DNA from: an uncultured Candidatus Saccharibacteria bacterium
GTDB taxonomy: Bacteria > Patescibacteriota > Saccharimonadia > Saccharimonadales > Saccharimonadaceae
Length of the DNA: 64,000 bases
Reading direction: 5' to 3'
Assembly (NCBI GenBank): GCA_963529085.1
Contig: CAURWW010000004.1
Coordinates: 1,504-65,503 of the forward strand
Position 1 is the first letter of the stretch. Each line of letters begins with the position of its first letter. The notes under the pieces were generated by a model that saw only the letters and a program-made list of their open reading frames with translations, was not told where the DNA came from and ran no database searches. Made by a program: the position numbers and the translations under genes. Positions 48,948 to 58,569 of this stretch are shown here, piece by piece.

Positions 48948-49070
48948 ATGGCAATAATTGCTCCATTCATAGAAAACGGTACACAAATTTGGAAAATCGT
49001 GCATCCAAAAGGAGAAGAACCGGACATAGAAAATTTTGTCCCACATTGGGATAGCGCACCAGAAAGATAA
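48948..49070 (+). CDS. Unannotated 40-aa protein MAIIAPFIENGTQIWKIVHPKGEEPDIENFVPHWDSAPER
   Basis: SD AAGGAGGT 6 nt before ATG, consensus promoter, GC-rich hairpin + T-run terminator at about 49084-49109. Confidence 0.7.
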   Translation: MAIIAPFIENGTQIWKIVHPKGEEPDIENFVPHWDSAPER

Positions 49071-49154
49071 GATCCCTCAACTCGGCTCCGCAAATTCGCG
49101 GGGCTTTTTCAATTATTAAAAAACTCCGCGCCACCGGAGTTTTTGAATTTTCTT

Positions 49155-50396
49155 TTAAGCAAGTTTCTCTAAAAGCTCATCTCGATTCAATATTTTTAGT
49201 TCGCCACTTACGCGCTCAACTAGCTCAAAGCTATCACTCTCCATTAAACGATCAGAGACTGTCACCCGATAAGGAATGCCCATCAGCTCAGCATCTGCAA
49301 ATTTTTGACCTGGTCGCACTTCTCGATCGTCAAACAAAACTTCAATACCCTTCGCTTGGAGTTCTTTATAAATTTCTTCTGCGAGTTGTTTTGATCGATC
49401 ACCAATCTGAACGAGATAAACTTTAGCTGGTGCAACATTTTCTGGCCAAACAAGACCTTTATCATCAGAAAAATGTTCAGCAATCATACCCATCACTCGG
49501 CTCGGACCAATGCCGTAACTACCCATAAAAACAGGCTTTTCGACACCATCTCGATCTATAAACTTTAACCCCAAAGCTTCAGAGAATTTATATCCAAGTG
49601 TAAAAATATTACCAACTTCTACCGCTTTCTCTTCTCGCAAATCTTCTCGTTTTAAGCCAAGCTCAGTCAAAACTTCATCAGTCAAGACTTCTTCATTAAT
49701 AGCAATTTTCTTTTCATCCGAAATATAAATCGTGTCTTCACCTACAGAACTAACTGTTTGAAACTCATGACTAAATTTCGAAAAACTTCCACCACTCGCA
49801 AAAGTTTTATACGTAAAATCACCTAAACCAAGCCGTGTAAAAACTCGCACATAAGCTTGCGAAATTTTTTCGTAAAATTCATCGTGCTGTTCACGGTTTT
49901 CAGAAAAACTATATAAGTCCTTCATCAAAAATTCACGCCCACGCATCAAGCCACTTTTACTACGAAGCTCCGCTCGAAATTTAGTTTGAAATTGATATGG
50001 ATAAACCGGCAGATCTTTATAGCTATTGATGAAATTTTTCATCATTTTTGTGATTGGCTCCTCATGAGTTGGTGCAAGCCCAAACTCACGACCGTTCGAA
50101 AGTTTAGTCTTAAACCAAACGTCCATTACCTCATCACTCCAGCGACCGCTAGCCTGCCAAGTTTCAGGGTTCTGAAGCGCCGTTAAGCTAATTTCATTAC
50201 CGCCTACAGCGTTCATTTCTTTGCGAATAATTTGAACGATCTTGTCCAGTACAATCTTTCCGAGCGGCAAAAAATCGTAAACACCCGCCATTTCTTTATG
50301 AATAAACCCAGCCCGAATCAAAAGTTGTGCATTTTTTGAAACTTCGTCCGATGGACTAGTTTTTGAAGTTTTAGTAAATAAATTAGTTACTCTCAT
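49155..50396 (-). CDS. proS: Proline--tRNA ligase, bacterial type lacking the INS editing domain
   Basis: LAPTHEE, GLMRGREFLMKDLYSF, VEVGNIF, MGSYGIG, PGQKFADAELMGIP; only 413 aa. Confidence 0.96.
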   Translation of the reverse strand: MRVTNLFTKTSKTSPSDEVSKNAQLLIRAGFIHKEMAGVYDFLPLGKIVLDKIVQIIRKEMNAVGGNEISLTALQNPETWQASGRWSDEVMDVWFKTKLSNGREFGLAPTHEEPITKMMKNFINSYKDLPVYPYQFQTKFRAELRSKSGLMRGREFLMKDLYSFSENREQHDEFYEKISQAYVRVFTRLGLGDFTYKTFASGGSFSKFSHEFQTVSSVGEDTIYISDEKKIAINEEVLTDEVLTELGLKREDLREEKAVEVGNIFTLGYKFSEALGLKFIDRDGVEKPVFMGSYGIGPSRVMGMIAEHFSDDKGLVWPENVAPAKVYLVQIGDRSKQLAEEIYKELQAKGIEVLFDDREVRPGQKFADAELMGIPYRVTVSDRLMESDSFELVERVSGELKILNRDELLEKLA

Positions 50397-50449
50397 TTCA
50401 TTCCTTTACATCATAAAAGCTCAGCATTTGATCAGCTGAGCTTTTATAT

Positions 50450-50911
50450 TTATTTAATTTCTGTAATTTCGTATTGAATTGCGGCTTTTGGAGTCGTAAT
50501 TTCAACAATTTCACCGAGCTTTTTACCCATAAGTTGCTGACCAATTGGCGATTCATTACTAATTTTACCCTCAAGGGGGTTTGCTTCAACTTTACCAACA
50601 ACTGTATAGTGAACAATTTTATTATCCGAAAGATTCTTCAGGCTAACTTGGCTACCAAGAGAGACCTCTCCTTTAGCTCCGCCGCCAATTATTTCTGCAT
50701 TCTGTAGAATATTCTCAATTTCTAAAATTCGACTCTCTGCCAAGCCCTGTTTTTTACGGGCTGCATCATATTCGGAATTTTCACGCAAATCACCAAAATC
50801 TCGCGCTGTAGCAACTTCTTCGGCGATTGCTTTTCGCTCTGAAATAAGCTGTTTTAGTTCAGCTTCAAGCTCCTGTTTCCCAATTTTTGTGATATTAAAA
50901 ACTTGTTTCAT
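50450..50911 (-). CDS. greA: Transcription elongation factor GreA
   Basis: ARDFGDLRENSEYDAA, ISNESPIG. Confidence 0.97.
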   Translation of the reverse strand: MKQVFNITKIGKQELEAELKQLISERKAIAEEVATARDFGDLRENSEYDAARKKQGLAESRILEIENILQNAEIIGGGAKGEVSLGSQVSLKNLSDNKIVHYTVVGKVEANPLEGKISNESPIGQQLMGKKLGEIVEITTPKAAIQYEITEIK

Positions 50912-50950
50912 ATTCATAAAATTATAGCAAATAGCAATATTGAAGTCAAG

Positions 50951-51697
50951 CTACATAAGCGTTAAAGTAGGCAAAACAAACAGAACGACAAAAGCTAATG
51001 CATTCTTTAAGAAATGAAGAATTATGCCAGCCCAAATCGTATCAGTTATCTTCTCACGAATAAAACAAGCTACAAAGCTCATCACAAAAGTAGTAACCCC
51101 AAGACTAAGCTCTAAATGAGCAACACCAAAAGTTAAACTTACTATAAACATCGCCAACCAAGGATTTATTTTGTGAAGCTCACCATAAGCAATCCCTCGG
51201 AAGATAAATTCCTCCACGATCGCCGGAATAATTACAAGGCTCAAGAACGCTAGAATATATTGAAAAGGCCCGTGTATCCCTGAAAAACCAATTTTTTGCT
51301 CCCCAGGACGAATATTAGTTAGACTAAGTAAAACACCAGCTATAAGAAGTGTAATAAGTAGCCCCAAAGCACCAAGTGCGACATCAGACCAAGTCAGATC
51401 CTTCTGCGCCCCCAAATCATCTGGCGTGAATTTTTTAGACAAAAGCTTTTGAGGTACAAAATAAGCAATTATTGAAGTTACTAAAAAACTTACCACAATA
51501 TAAAATCCAGTAGTCGTATTATTCTGCATAATCTGCGCCACTAGTTCATTATTGCCACCCACTGACAAAAATACTACAGCTCTTATAATGACAGCAATAA
51601 TAGCTTGCGAACCAAAAAATGCCACTAAAGGAAAAATTAGCCAAAAAATAACCTTTCCCCAATCTTTAGAATAGACATCCGAAAAAACTTTTTGCAC
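50951..51697 (-). CDS. CPBP (Abi/CAAX) family intramembrane protease
   Basis: EEFIFRG, FGVAH, ILHFLKN motifs; multiple TM helices. Confidence 0.9.
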   Translation of the reverse strand: MQKVFSDVYSKDWGKVIFWLIFPLVAFFGSQAIIAVIIRAVVFLSVGGNNELVAQIMQNNTTTGFYIVVSFLVTSIIAYFVPQKLLSKKFTPDDLGAQKDLTWSDVALGALGLLITLLIAGVLLSLTNIRPGEQKIGFSGIHGPFQYILAFLSLVIIPAIVEEFIFRGIAYGELHKINPWLAMFIVSLTFGVAHLELSLGVTTFVMSFVACFIREKITDTIWAGIILHFLKNALAFVVLFVLPTLTLM

Positions 51698-52866
51698 TAT
51701 AAAAACCTTCCAATATCAAGAATAATAACTAAAACCGTCAAAATTAACATAGCATAAACCCCATACGTCAATATTTGCTCTTCCCGTTCTTTAGTGAGAG
51801 GTTTTCGAAGAATTTTACGATAAATAAATGTCAAAAGCCAACGACCACCATCTAGTACAGGGATCGGTAGCACATTCATACATGCAAGGCTAAGCGAAAT
51901 TAAAGCAGAAAGTAGTAGAATCGTTTCAAACCCAGCTTGCGTAGCTGTCGGAAAAAGAATACCCAAAATTGAAAGAGGACCTGCAACAGATTTTCCAGCT
52001 TTTTCCAATTTTTCATTAGCAATTTGTTGAGTTTTAGGGTTTGAACTAATTTTTTGCACAAAACCAGTTACAGTGTTCGATATTAACTCACCTAGACTGC
52101 GAAAAGTTTCCACCGAAAGTTGAGCCGTCACACCCAACCCAACAATTGGCGCACTCCATGTAGAATGAATTTTCTGCGAGTTAGAATCGCTCCCTAATCC
52201 AAGATATCCTTTTTTGTCATCATTATTCGAGCGAACTTTTACTGATTTGATATATGATTTTCCGTCACGAATAATTTCAATATCTATATTCTTTCCGGCA
52301 TTATTTTTCGTAATATTGGAAATCTGCTCCGAATTTTTAATTTTTTCCCCATTAATTTTTAAAATTTGATCACCACGACGAATACCAGCTTTTGCTGCTG
52401 GTAGGTTATCTACTACCTGAACCGCAATAATCTCACCACCAGTTATTCGAGCGTCGCTAGAAATATAAAATTGATTCGGAAGCATTTTAGGGAGACCAAA
52501 TAAGGCCAAAAAAGTAAATAAAATTATAGCAACTAGCCAGTTCATTACTACACCAGCAAAGAGAATTTGCGTCTTCCCCCAAAAACTAGCAGCGCCATAG
52601 TCACCTTCTCCAGAGTCAGAATCATTTTCACCCTGTAACTTCACATAACCACCAAGTGGAATCCAATTAATCGCAACCGGAGTGCCTTTTGGTAAAATTC
52701 TATCTGTTTTAGTATTAAATTTAAGAATATTAGGCGGAAATCCTAATCCATATTCTTTTAGTTTGACGCCATTTTTTTTAGCCGCCATAGCATGACCAAG
52801 CTCATGTAATCCGACTAAAATAGTTAAAACAACCAAACCGATTATAATCCCGAAAATTAAGTCCAT
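51697..52866 (-). CDS. rseP: RIP metalloprotease RseP (M50 + PDZ)
   Basis: LHELGH, PLGGYV, NVLPIPVLDGG. Confidence 0.93.
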   Translation of the reverse strand: MDLIFGIIIGLVVLTILVGLHELGHAMAAKKNGVKLKEYGLGFPPNILKFNTKTDRILPKGTPVAINWIPLGGYVKLQGENDSDSGEGDYGAASFWGKTQILFAGVVMNWLVAIILFTFLALFGLPKMLPNQFYISSDARITGGEIIAVQVVDNLPAAKAGIRRGDQILKINGEKIKNSEQISNITKNNAGKNIDIEIIRDGKSYIKSVKVRSNNDDKKGYLGLGSDSNSQKIHSTWSAPIVGLGVTAQLSVETFRSLGELISNTVTGFVQKISSNPKTQQIANEKLEKAGKSVAGPLSILGILFPTATQAGFETILLLSALISLSLACMNVLPIPVLDGGRWLLTFIYRKILRKPLTKEREEQILTYGVYAMLILTVLVIILDIGRFL

Positions 52867-52935
52867 TCTTAAAGATACCCTCCTCTACTTTATAAAAATA
52901 AAATCAGCCCAAATAAAACTCTGGGCTGATAAAAA

Positions 52936-53487
52936 TTAAATCGTTAGAATTTCTTTTTCTTTAGCTTTAAAAAGTTCGTCAATTTTTGCACCAAAATTCT
53001 TTATCTCGGTATCAATATCTTTTTCAATCCCACGAAAATCATCCTCGGTAATAGATTTATCATCTTTCAACCTTTTAGCCACCTTGAGTGCGTCTTGACG
53101 AATATTGCGAAGTGCAATTTTAGCATCTTCCACTTTTTCGGACGTTTGTTTTACGATTTGTTTGCGCCGTTCTTCAGTCAAAGGCGGAACTGGAACGCGT
53201 ACCACTCGGCCATCATCACTCGGATTAAAACCAAGACCCTGATCGGCGCGGATCGCAGCAGAGATAGCTGAAATATTATTAGCGTCAAAAGGAGTAATTA
53301 AAATCATCGAAGCCTCTGGAGCAGTCATATTAGAAACCTGATTGAGCGGCATTTTTGTACCGTAAACTTCAATCATTATACCATCAAGCATCGAAGGATG
53401 CGCTCGTCCAGTTCGAACTTTCTTGAGTTCACCTTTATAGTGTTCAAGCGCGTGATTCATTTTTTCTTTATAATCATTAATATCCAT
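52936..53487 (-). CDS. frr: Ribosome recycling factor
   Basis: VRTGRAHP, PPLTEERRK, KEKEILTI. Confidence 0.98.
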   Translation of the reverse strand: MDINDYKEKMNHALEHYKGELKKVRTGRAHPSMLDGIMIEVYGTKMPLNQVSNMTAPEASMILITPFDANNISAISAAIRADQGLGFNPSDDGRVVRVPVPPLTEERRKQIVKQTSEKVEDAKIALRNIRQDALKVAKRLKDDKSITEDDFRGIEKDIDTEIKNFGAKIDELFKAKEKEILTI

Positions 53488-53540
53488 ATTATCCTCTCTT
53501 TCCTTTATTATATCACAAGCTTAAACTTACAAAAAGCGAT

Positions 53541-54746
53541 TTATTTCAAATTGAATGTAGAGTACTTATCTAAAGAAGCGTTAATATCTAATATACGACC
53601 ATTCCTATTGATCGTAAGTTTCACTGTTTCGCCGGGGGAGTATTCGGAAATTAAGCTTGATACAGATCCAGCTGAGCCAATTTTCACTCCATTGACAGCA
53701 GTGATAATATCTCCATCTTTAACACCCGCTTTATCCGCAGCCCCACCAGATTGAACAGATTGTCCACTTTTTCTATCATGAATCCATGCTCCGTATTTTT
53801 CAGGTAGATTATTCTCCTTCGCAAGAGCTGGATTTATTGATATGTATTTTATACCTAATACAGACCTAGAAGCTTTTCCACTTGATGTTAGTGATTTCAA
53901 CATACCCTTAGCAGCTGAAATCGGAATAGCGAAACCAATTCCATTAGCATCACTCGCAACAGCAGTATTAATACCAATCACCTGTCCTTTTGCATTAACT
54001 AGTGGACCACCAGAATTACCTGAGTTGATTGCAGCATCGGTCTGAATCATATCGCTTAAAGTCTCAGTCCGACTTGAGCTTCGCCCAGAAGAGGCTGTTA
54101 CAGTCCTATTTACGCCAGAAATAATTCCACTTGTAACTGTACCCTGATATTGTCCAAGAGCGTTCCCTATCGCAACCACACCTTGACCAATCTTTAATGT
54201 TTTAGAATCCCCTAATTCGGCCGGTTTAAGATCAGAGACACCTTTAATTTTTAGATAAGCTAAATCATTTAAAGGATCTTTTGCAGCAACTTCAACGTTT
54301 TTATAAACTGTTCCATCAGAAAGAATAACCTGAATATTTGTAGCATCTTCAATTACGTGCTTATTCGTAAGAATATATCCATCATGAGTAACTATCACTC
54401 CAGTTCCGGCAGTAGAAGTAGATTCATCTTTACCATAAAAGAAGCTAGACCGGCTCTGTGCAGTACCGACAATCGAAACCACGCTTGATGAAAGCTTAGA
54501 TGCCACAGCCTCAACAGTAGATGAGCCTATAGATGAAGACGATGATGAATTACCGTCTTCAGCCGAAGATACACTATTCGAGGATGAAGGTTGTTTTTTA
54601 ATTAGATGAGATATCATAATTCCACCACCCGAAAGAACTGCTATCGACCCAACAATCGCGACAGCAATAATAGCTGAGTTAGGACCCCTTTTAACTTTGT
54701 CTACTTTTATAATTTTCTGATTACTTATTTTTCCCTCTTTATCCAT
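53541..54746 (-). CDS. htrA: HtrA/DegP family serine protease
   Basis: TM anchor, LTNKHV, DLA, QTDAAINSGNSGGPL, PDZ domain. Confidence 0.93.
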   Translation of the reverse strand: MDKEGKISNQKIIKVDKVKRGPNSAIIAVAIVGSIAVLSGGGIMISHLIKKQPSSSNSVSSAEDGNSSSSSSIGSSTVEAVASKLSSSVVSIVGTAQSRSSFFYGKDESTSTAGTGVIVTHDGYILTNKHVIEDATNIQVILSDGTVYKNVEVAAKDPLNDLAYLKIKGVSDLKPAELGDSKTLKIGQGVVAIGNALGQYQGTVTSGIISGVNRTVTASSGRSSSRTETLSDMIQTDAAINSGNSGGPLVNAKGQVIGINTAVASDANGIGFAIPISAAKGMLKSLTSSGKASRSVLGIKYISINPALAKENNLPEKYGAWIHDRKSGQSVQSGGAADKAGVKDGDIITAVNGVKIGSAGSVSSLISEYSPGETVKLTINRNGRILDINASLDKYSTFNLK

Positions 54747-54790
54747 AATATTTATTTTATCAATCCTTCCTTAATATAAGCTTAATTATT

Positions 54791-55567
54791 TCAACTTTGC
54801 GGAATTGTTGAGAAAAGTAGAATAAGCAGTAAACATATAGATACTGTAAATAATGTTGGTGCTATTAAATCCCGAGCTGTTTTATTATTATTTCGTGAAA
54901 TTGAAAGTGCTTCAAAAGTTAAAAAGCTTATCACTGTCGCAATTATAGAAGCCTGAGGAATTGTAAAGATGAAAATATTGTCAACTTTAACGGTATAACC
55001 AACAAGTAAAAAACTTAAAACCCATATAAATTCTGCAAAAATCATCCCCCAAAACAAACTGAGTAGTTCAATATTGTTATTTTCATCACTTGAAAGAACA
55101 TGCCTAAAACTAGCATACCCAATAATAAATGCTGAAATTACCACTATCTCAACAGGCCACGAATAAGCAACGGATAAAATGGCAGTAAGACCAACAAAAA
55201 TCGAAAGTAACGCTTGTGCTTTCACTAAGTTTTCACTATTCTGAGGCTTAAGCCACAACAACCACCCGAGATAGACAATTATTAGAACAGTCTGAGATAG
55301 CCAGAAATCTATACTTGAGAACATCAAAACCACAATCCCAAGGCTAAAGATTAAATCAACTAAATTCGATTTAAAATTTGCAGCCCAATATAATGGTCGC
55401 ACAGCAAAAGTTCTCCATTTAGAAATAACAACCAAAATTATCGCTAAAAAAGGCATTTTGGTCACGAAAATAGATAGCCAACAGGCTGCAACGAGAATAA
55501 TATTTAAAAAAATATGAGCAATCGAACTAGCAAGTGAATGCTTTTTTGAAACACTAATAAAATCCAT
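54791..55567 (-). CDS. Hypothetical polytopic membrane protein
   Basis: Many hydrophobic helices; SKWRTFAVRP motif; start at ATG 55567, 9 nt after TATAAT. Confidence 0.75.
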   Translation of the reverse strand: MDFISVSKKHSLASSIAHIFLNIILVAACWLSIFVTKMPFLAIILVVISKWRTFAVRPLYWAANFKSNLVDLIFSLGIVVLMFSSIDFWLSQTVLIIVYLGWLLWLKPQNSENLVKAQALLSIFVGLTAILSVAYSWPVEIVVISAFIIGYASFRHVLSSDENNNIELLSLFWGMIFAEFIWVLSFLLVGYTVKVDNIFIFTIPQASIIATVISFLTFEALSISRNNNKTARDLIAPTLFTVSICLLLILLFSTIPQS

Positions 55568-55643
55568 ACTTTCTACATTATACCACGAGCAGCCAAAAAT
55601 AACCATAATTGTAAAAATAATTTATTCATGCTAAAATTATGTA

Positions 55644-56261
55644 ATGAAGAGTAATTTTTGGCAAAGACACAAAACACTTACTGATATTTTGGGGATTTTC
55701 TTTTTTATTATTTCGGTTACTATAGGCACAATATTAATTAATTCATTTATCTTCCAAAGCTTTACGATTGTTGGTGGAAGTATGGAAAATACCTTTCATG
55801 ATGGCGACAAAGTTATAATCAATAGGTTACCTATAACTTGGGCCAATTTAAAAAATTCAAACTATACACCGAAACGTGGCGAAATTATAGTATTCAAAAA
55901 TCCACAATATCAGCCCGGTATGAAAGACCAATATATAATTAAACGCGTAATCGCCTTCGCTGGAGAAAAAGTAAAAGTTAACAACAATGGCGATGTTACC
56001 GTCTTTAATTCTGGACACAAAAATGGATTTAATCCAGACTCCAATTTCAAGAATGAACCAAAAAAATATACAAGCCATCCAGGCGAGTGGATAGTGCCAG
56101 AAAATGAAATCTTTGTCATGGGCGACAATCGCGAAGGTAATAATTCTTATGACTCTCGTAGCGGTTTAGGGACGGTACCTCTTTATGATATAGTTGGTCC
56201 GGTTGCTTTTCGTATTTTTCCCATAGATAAAATTCGAACTTTTGAATATCCACAAAATTAA
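55644..56261 (+). CDS. lepB: Signal peptidase I
   Basis: GGSMENT, IIKRVI, FVMGDNR...SYDSR. Confidence 0.95.
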   Translation: MKSNFWQRHKTLTDILGIFFFIISVTIGTILINSFIFQSFTIVGGSMENTFHDGDKVIINRLPITWANLKNSNYTPKRGEIIVFKNPQYQPGMKDQYIIKRVIAFAGEKVKVNNNGDVTVFNSGHKNGFNPDSNFKNEPKKYTSHPGEWIVPENEIFVMGDNREGNNSYDSRSGLGTVPLYDIVGPVAFRIFPIDKIRTFEYPQN

Positions 56262-56318
56262 AATTAATAATCTATAAAGATACATAACTTGATACTTAAA
56301 AAATACTCTCGAATGAAT

Positions 56319-57221
56319 CTAGTCCGAGAGTATTTTTTCTATCCGCTTTAGCTCTTCTTCATCCTTAAACTTAATAGTAATTCTTCCGTTACCTCGAGCC
56401 GAAGTTTTGATATTCACATCTGTTTTTAGTCTAGTAGCAATCCTTCTAGCGTTTTGCTCAAAAGGCATCTTAGTTAAGCTTTTCAAGTTTTTAGCTGGTT
56501 TTTCCTTTTGCTCCTGTAGCTGCTTTTTATATTGAACAAGAAATTGTTCCAACTTGCGCGCACTCCAGCCTTCCTCTATAATTTTTGGTAAAATTTTCAA
56601 AACGGTTTCTTTATCAACTTTAAGAAGTGGTCGGACCTGACCTTCTTTTAGCTCACCAGAGTAAACATATTTTTTAACCTCATCCGGTAAATTAAGCAAT
56701 CTTAAAGTGTTCAAAACAGCACTCTCGCTACGCCCGCCAACCCGTTCACCAATTTGTTTAGCTGTCATATTAAATTGTTCCCGAAGTTTTAGGTAGGCTG
56801 TCGCCGTTTCAAGAACGTTCAAGTCTGATCGTTGAATATTCTCAATCAAACTTAGTTCAAGCCGATTCTGGTCAGATAGTTCACGCACAATAGCAGGAAT
56901 TTTCTTTAGTCCCGCTAGCTTAGACGCCCTAAAACGACGCTCCCCGGCCACAATTACAAACTTATCAGAGTCATCTTTCTTTATTAAAACAATTGGCTGT
57001 AAAACACCATGGATTTTAATCGAATCAGCTAATTTTTGAAGTAACTCTTCGTCAAAATGTCTACGCGGCTGATCTGGATCTGGCGTAATTCGATCAAGGG
57101 ATATCTCCTGTAGTTTACTAATCTCTGAATCAACGCCCAAAGTTGGATCAAACTGATCATCGATAATCATTTCTGTCGGGATTAATGACGAAAACCCCCT
57201 TCCTAAACCTTTCCTAGCCAT
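56319..57221 (-). CDS. parB: Chromosome partitioning protein ParB
   Basis: KGLGRG N-terminus, QPRRHF, VAGERRFRA, IENIQRSDLN. Confidence 0.96.
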   Translation of the reverse strand: MARKGLGRGFSSLIPTEMIIDDQFDPTLGVDSEISKLQEISLDRITPDPDQPRRHFDEELLQKLADSIKIHGVLQPIVLIKKDDSDKFVIVAGERRFRASKLAGLKKIPAIVRELSDQNRLELSLIENIQRSDLNVLETATAYLKLREQFNMTAKQIGERVGGRSESAVLNTLRLLNLPDEVKKYVYSGELKEGQVRPLLKVDKETVLKILPKIIEEGWSARKLEQFLVQYKKQLQEQKEKPAKNLKSLTKMPFEQNARRIATRLKTDVNIKTSARGNGRITIKFKDEEELKRIEKILSD

Positions 57222-57990
57222 TACTCTTCTCCTGTGTTCGCTCAATAATTTCTTTAGCTACAGCTTTATAAGCACGAGCTCCTTTACTAAATCGATCGTA
57301 AATTCCTACTGGCACGCCATGACTTGGCGCTTCAGCAAGGCGAATATTGCGTGGAATTGGGGTCGAAAAAACCTTACCCGGAAAGAATTTTTTAATTTCT
57401 TCGTAAACTTGACCACTCAAAGTCGTGCGTGAATCAACCATTGTTGGCAGCACACCTAATAGTTCAAGATTTGGATTCATACCTTTACGTACCAATTTCA
57501 TACTTTCTAATAACTGGCCAAGTCCTTCCATGGCATAAAATTCTGCTTGGACGGGCAAAACTAAATAATCACTCGCAATGAATCCGTTAACCGTTAATAA
57601 ACTTAGGCTTGGTGGCGAATCCAAAATAACATAATCAAAATCATTGCGTACAATTTCTATAGCATTTTTCAGTCGAGTAAACCGGCCGTTTGCGTTAGCC
57701 AGCTCAACTTCAGTATTTGCTAAAATTGGTGTGCTTGGAGCAAGCTTTAACCCAGCAAAGCCAGTGTCAACAATTGCATCTTTTAGCATTTTTTCGCCAG
57801 AAATTACATCCGACATTGTGGTCTCGAGCTGATTTTTATCAATACCTAAACCGCTAGTTGCGTTACCCTGCGGATCAAAATCGATCAATAAAGTTCGGAA
57901 TCCCATTTTTGCTAAAAAATAAGCTATATTAATCGCACTGGTGGTTTTGCCAACACCGCCCTTTTGATTAGTTATCGAAATCACCTTCAT
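57214..57990 (-). CDS. parA: ParA/Soj ATPase
   Basis: NQKGGVGKTT, DPQGNAT, IPRNIRLAEAPSHG. Confidence 0.97.
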   Translation of the reverse strand: MKVISITNQKGGVGKTTSAINIAYFLAKMGFRTLLIDFDPQGNATSGLGIDKNQLETTMSDVISGEKMLKDAIVDTGFAGLKLAPSTPILANTEVELANANGRFTRLKNAIEIVRNDFDYVILDSPPSLSLLTVNGFIASDYLVLPVQAEFYAMEGLGQLLESMKLVRKGMNPNLELLGVLPTMVDSRTTLSGQVYEEIKKFFPGKVFSTPIPRNIRLAEAPSHGVPVGIYDRFSKGARAYKAVAKEIIERTQEKSNG

Positions 57991-58102
57991 ATATGAGCAT
58001 TATACCACAAAATAACATAAGCGACAATAAATTTTAAACCGACTTGAATTTTATGGTTCTATATGTTAGAATAATTAGGATATTAACTTTAATGAGGATT
58101 TT

Positions 58103-58417
58103 ATGAAAAAAGCAGTCGTAAAAGTTGGCGGTAAACAATTTATCGTCAGCGAAAAAGAGACCCTTCTGGTGGACCTCCTCCCGCAAGGAACAAAAGAGCT
58201 CAAACTCGACGCTTTGATGCTAATTGATGGCGACAAAGTGGAAGTTGGAACTCCTGTTGTGAAAGGCGTGAAAGTTTCCGCTAAAGTTGTTGACGAACTT
58301 GTTAAGGGAGAAAAAATCCGTGTGATCCGCTACAAAGCTAAAAAGCGTGTTCACAAAGAAAACGGACATCGTCAAAAATATACAAAGATTGAAATTGCTT
58401 CAATCACAACCAAATAA
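58103..58417 (+). CDS. rplU: 50S ribosomal protein L21
   Basis: GGKQF, GEKIRVIRYKAKK, GHRQKYT. Confidence 0.97.
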   Translation: MKKAVVKVGGKQFIVSEKETLLVDLLPQGTKELKLDALMLIDGDKVEVGTPVVKGVKVSAKVVDELVKGEKIRVIRYKAKKRVHKENGHRQKYTKIEIASITTK

Positions 58418-58516
58418 TAAAAAGGCGGCCAGCCACTTCAAAACAGCCCATCTCACTCACTCTCGGGCTGTTTTATTATATATCCTCAGAATTGTGCGAC
58501 ATAAAAATATTACCCC

Positions 58517-58560
58517 AAAATTAAATGAAACCCCACAATTATGAGGTTTCATTTAATTTT
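58517..58560. terminator. Long inverted repeat/terminator between rplU and the surface protein gene
   Basis: AAAATTAAATGAAACC...GGTTTCATTTAATTTT. Confidence 0.75.
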
Positions 58561-58569
58561 TACGAATAG

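Noticed and set aside
56262..58102. Origin of replication or parS sites near parAB
   Set aside because: No TGTTTCACGTGAAACA-like palindrome or DnaA-box cluster was seen, and gene orientation does not switch
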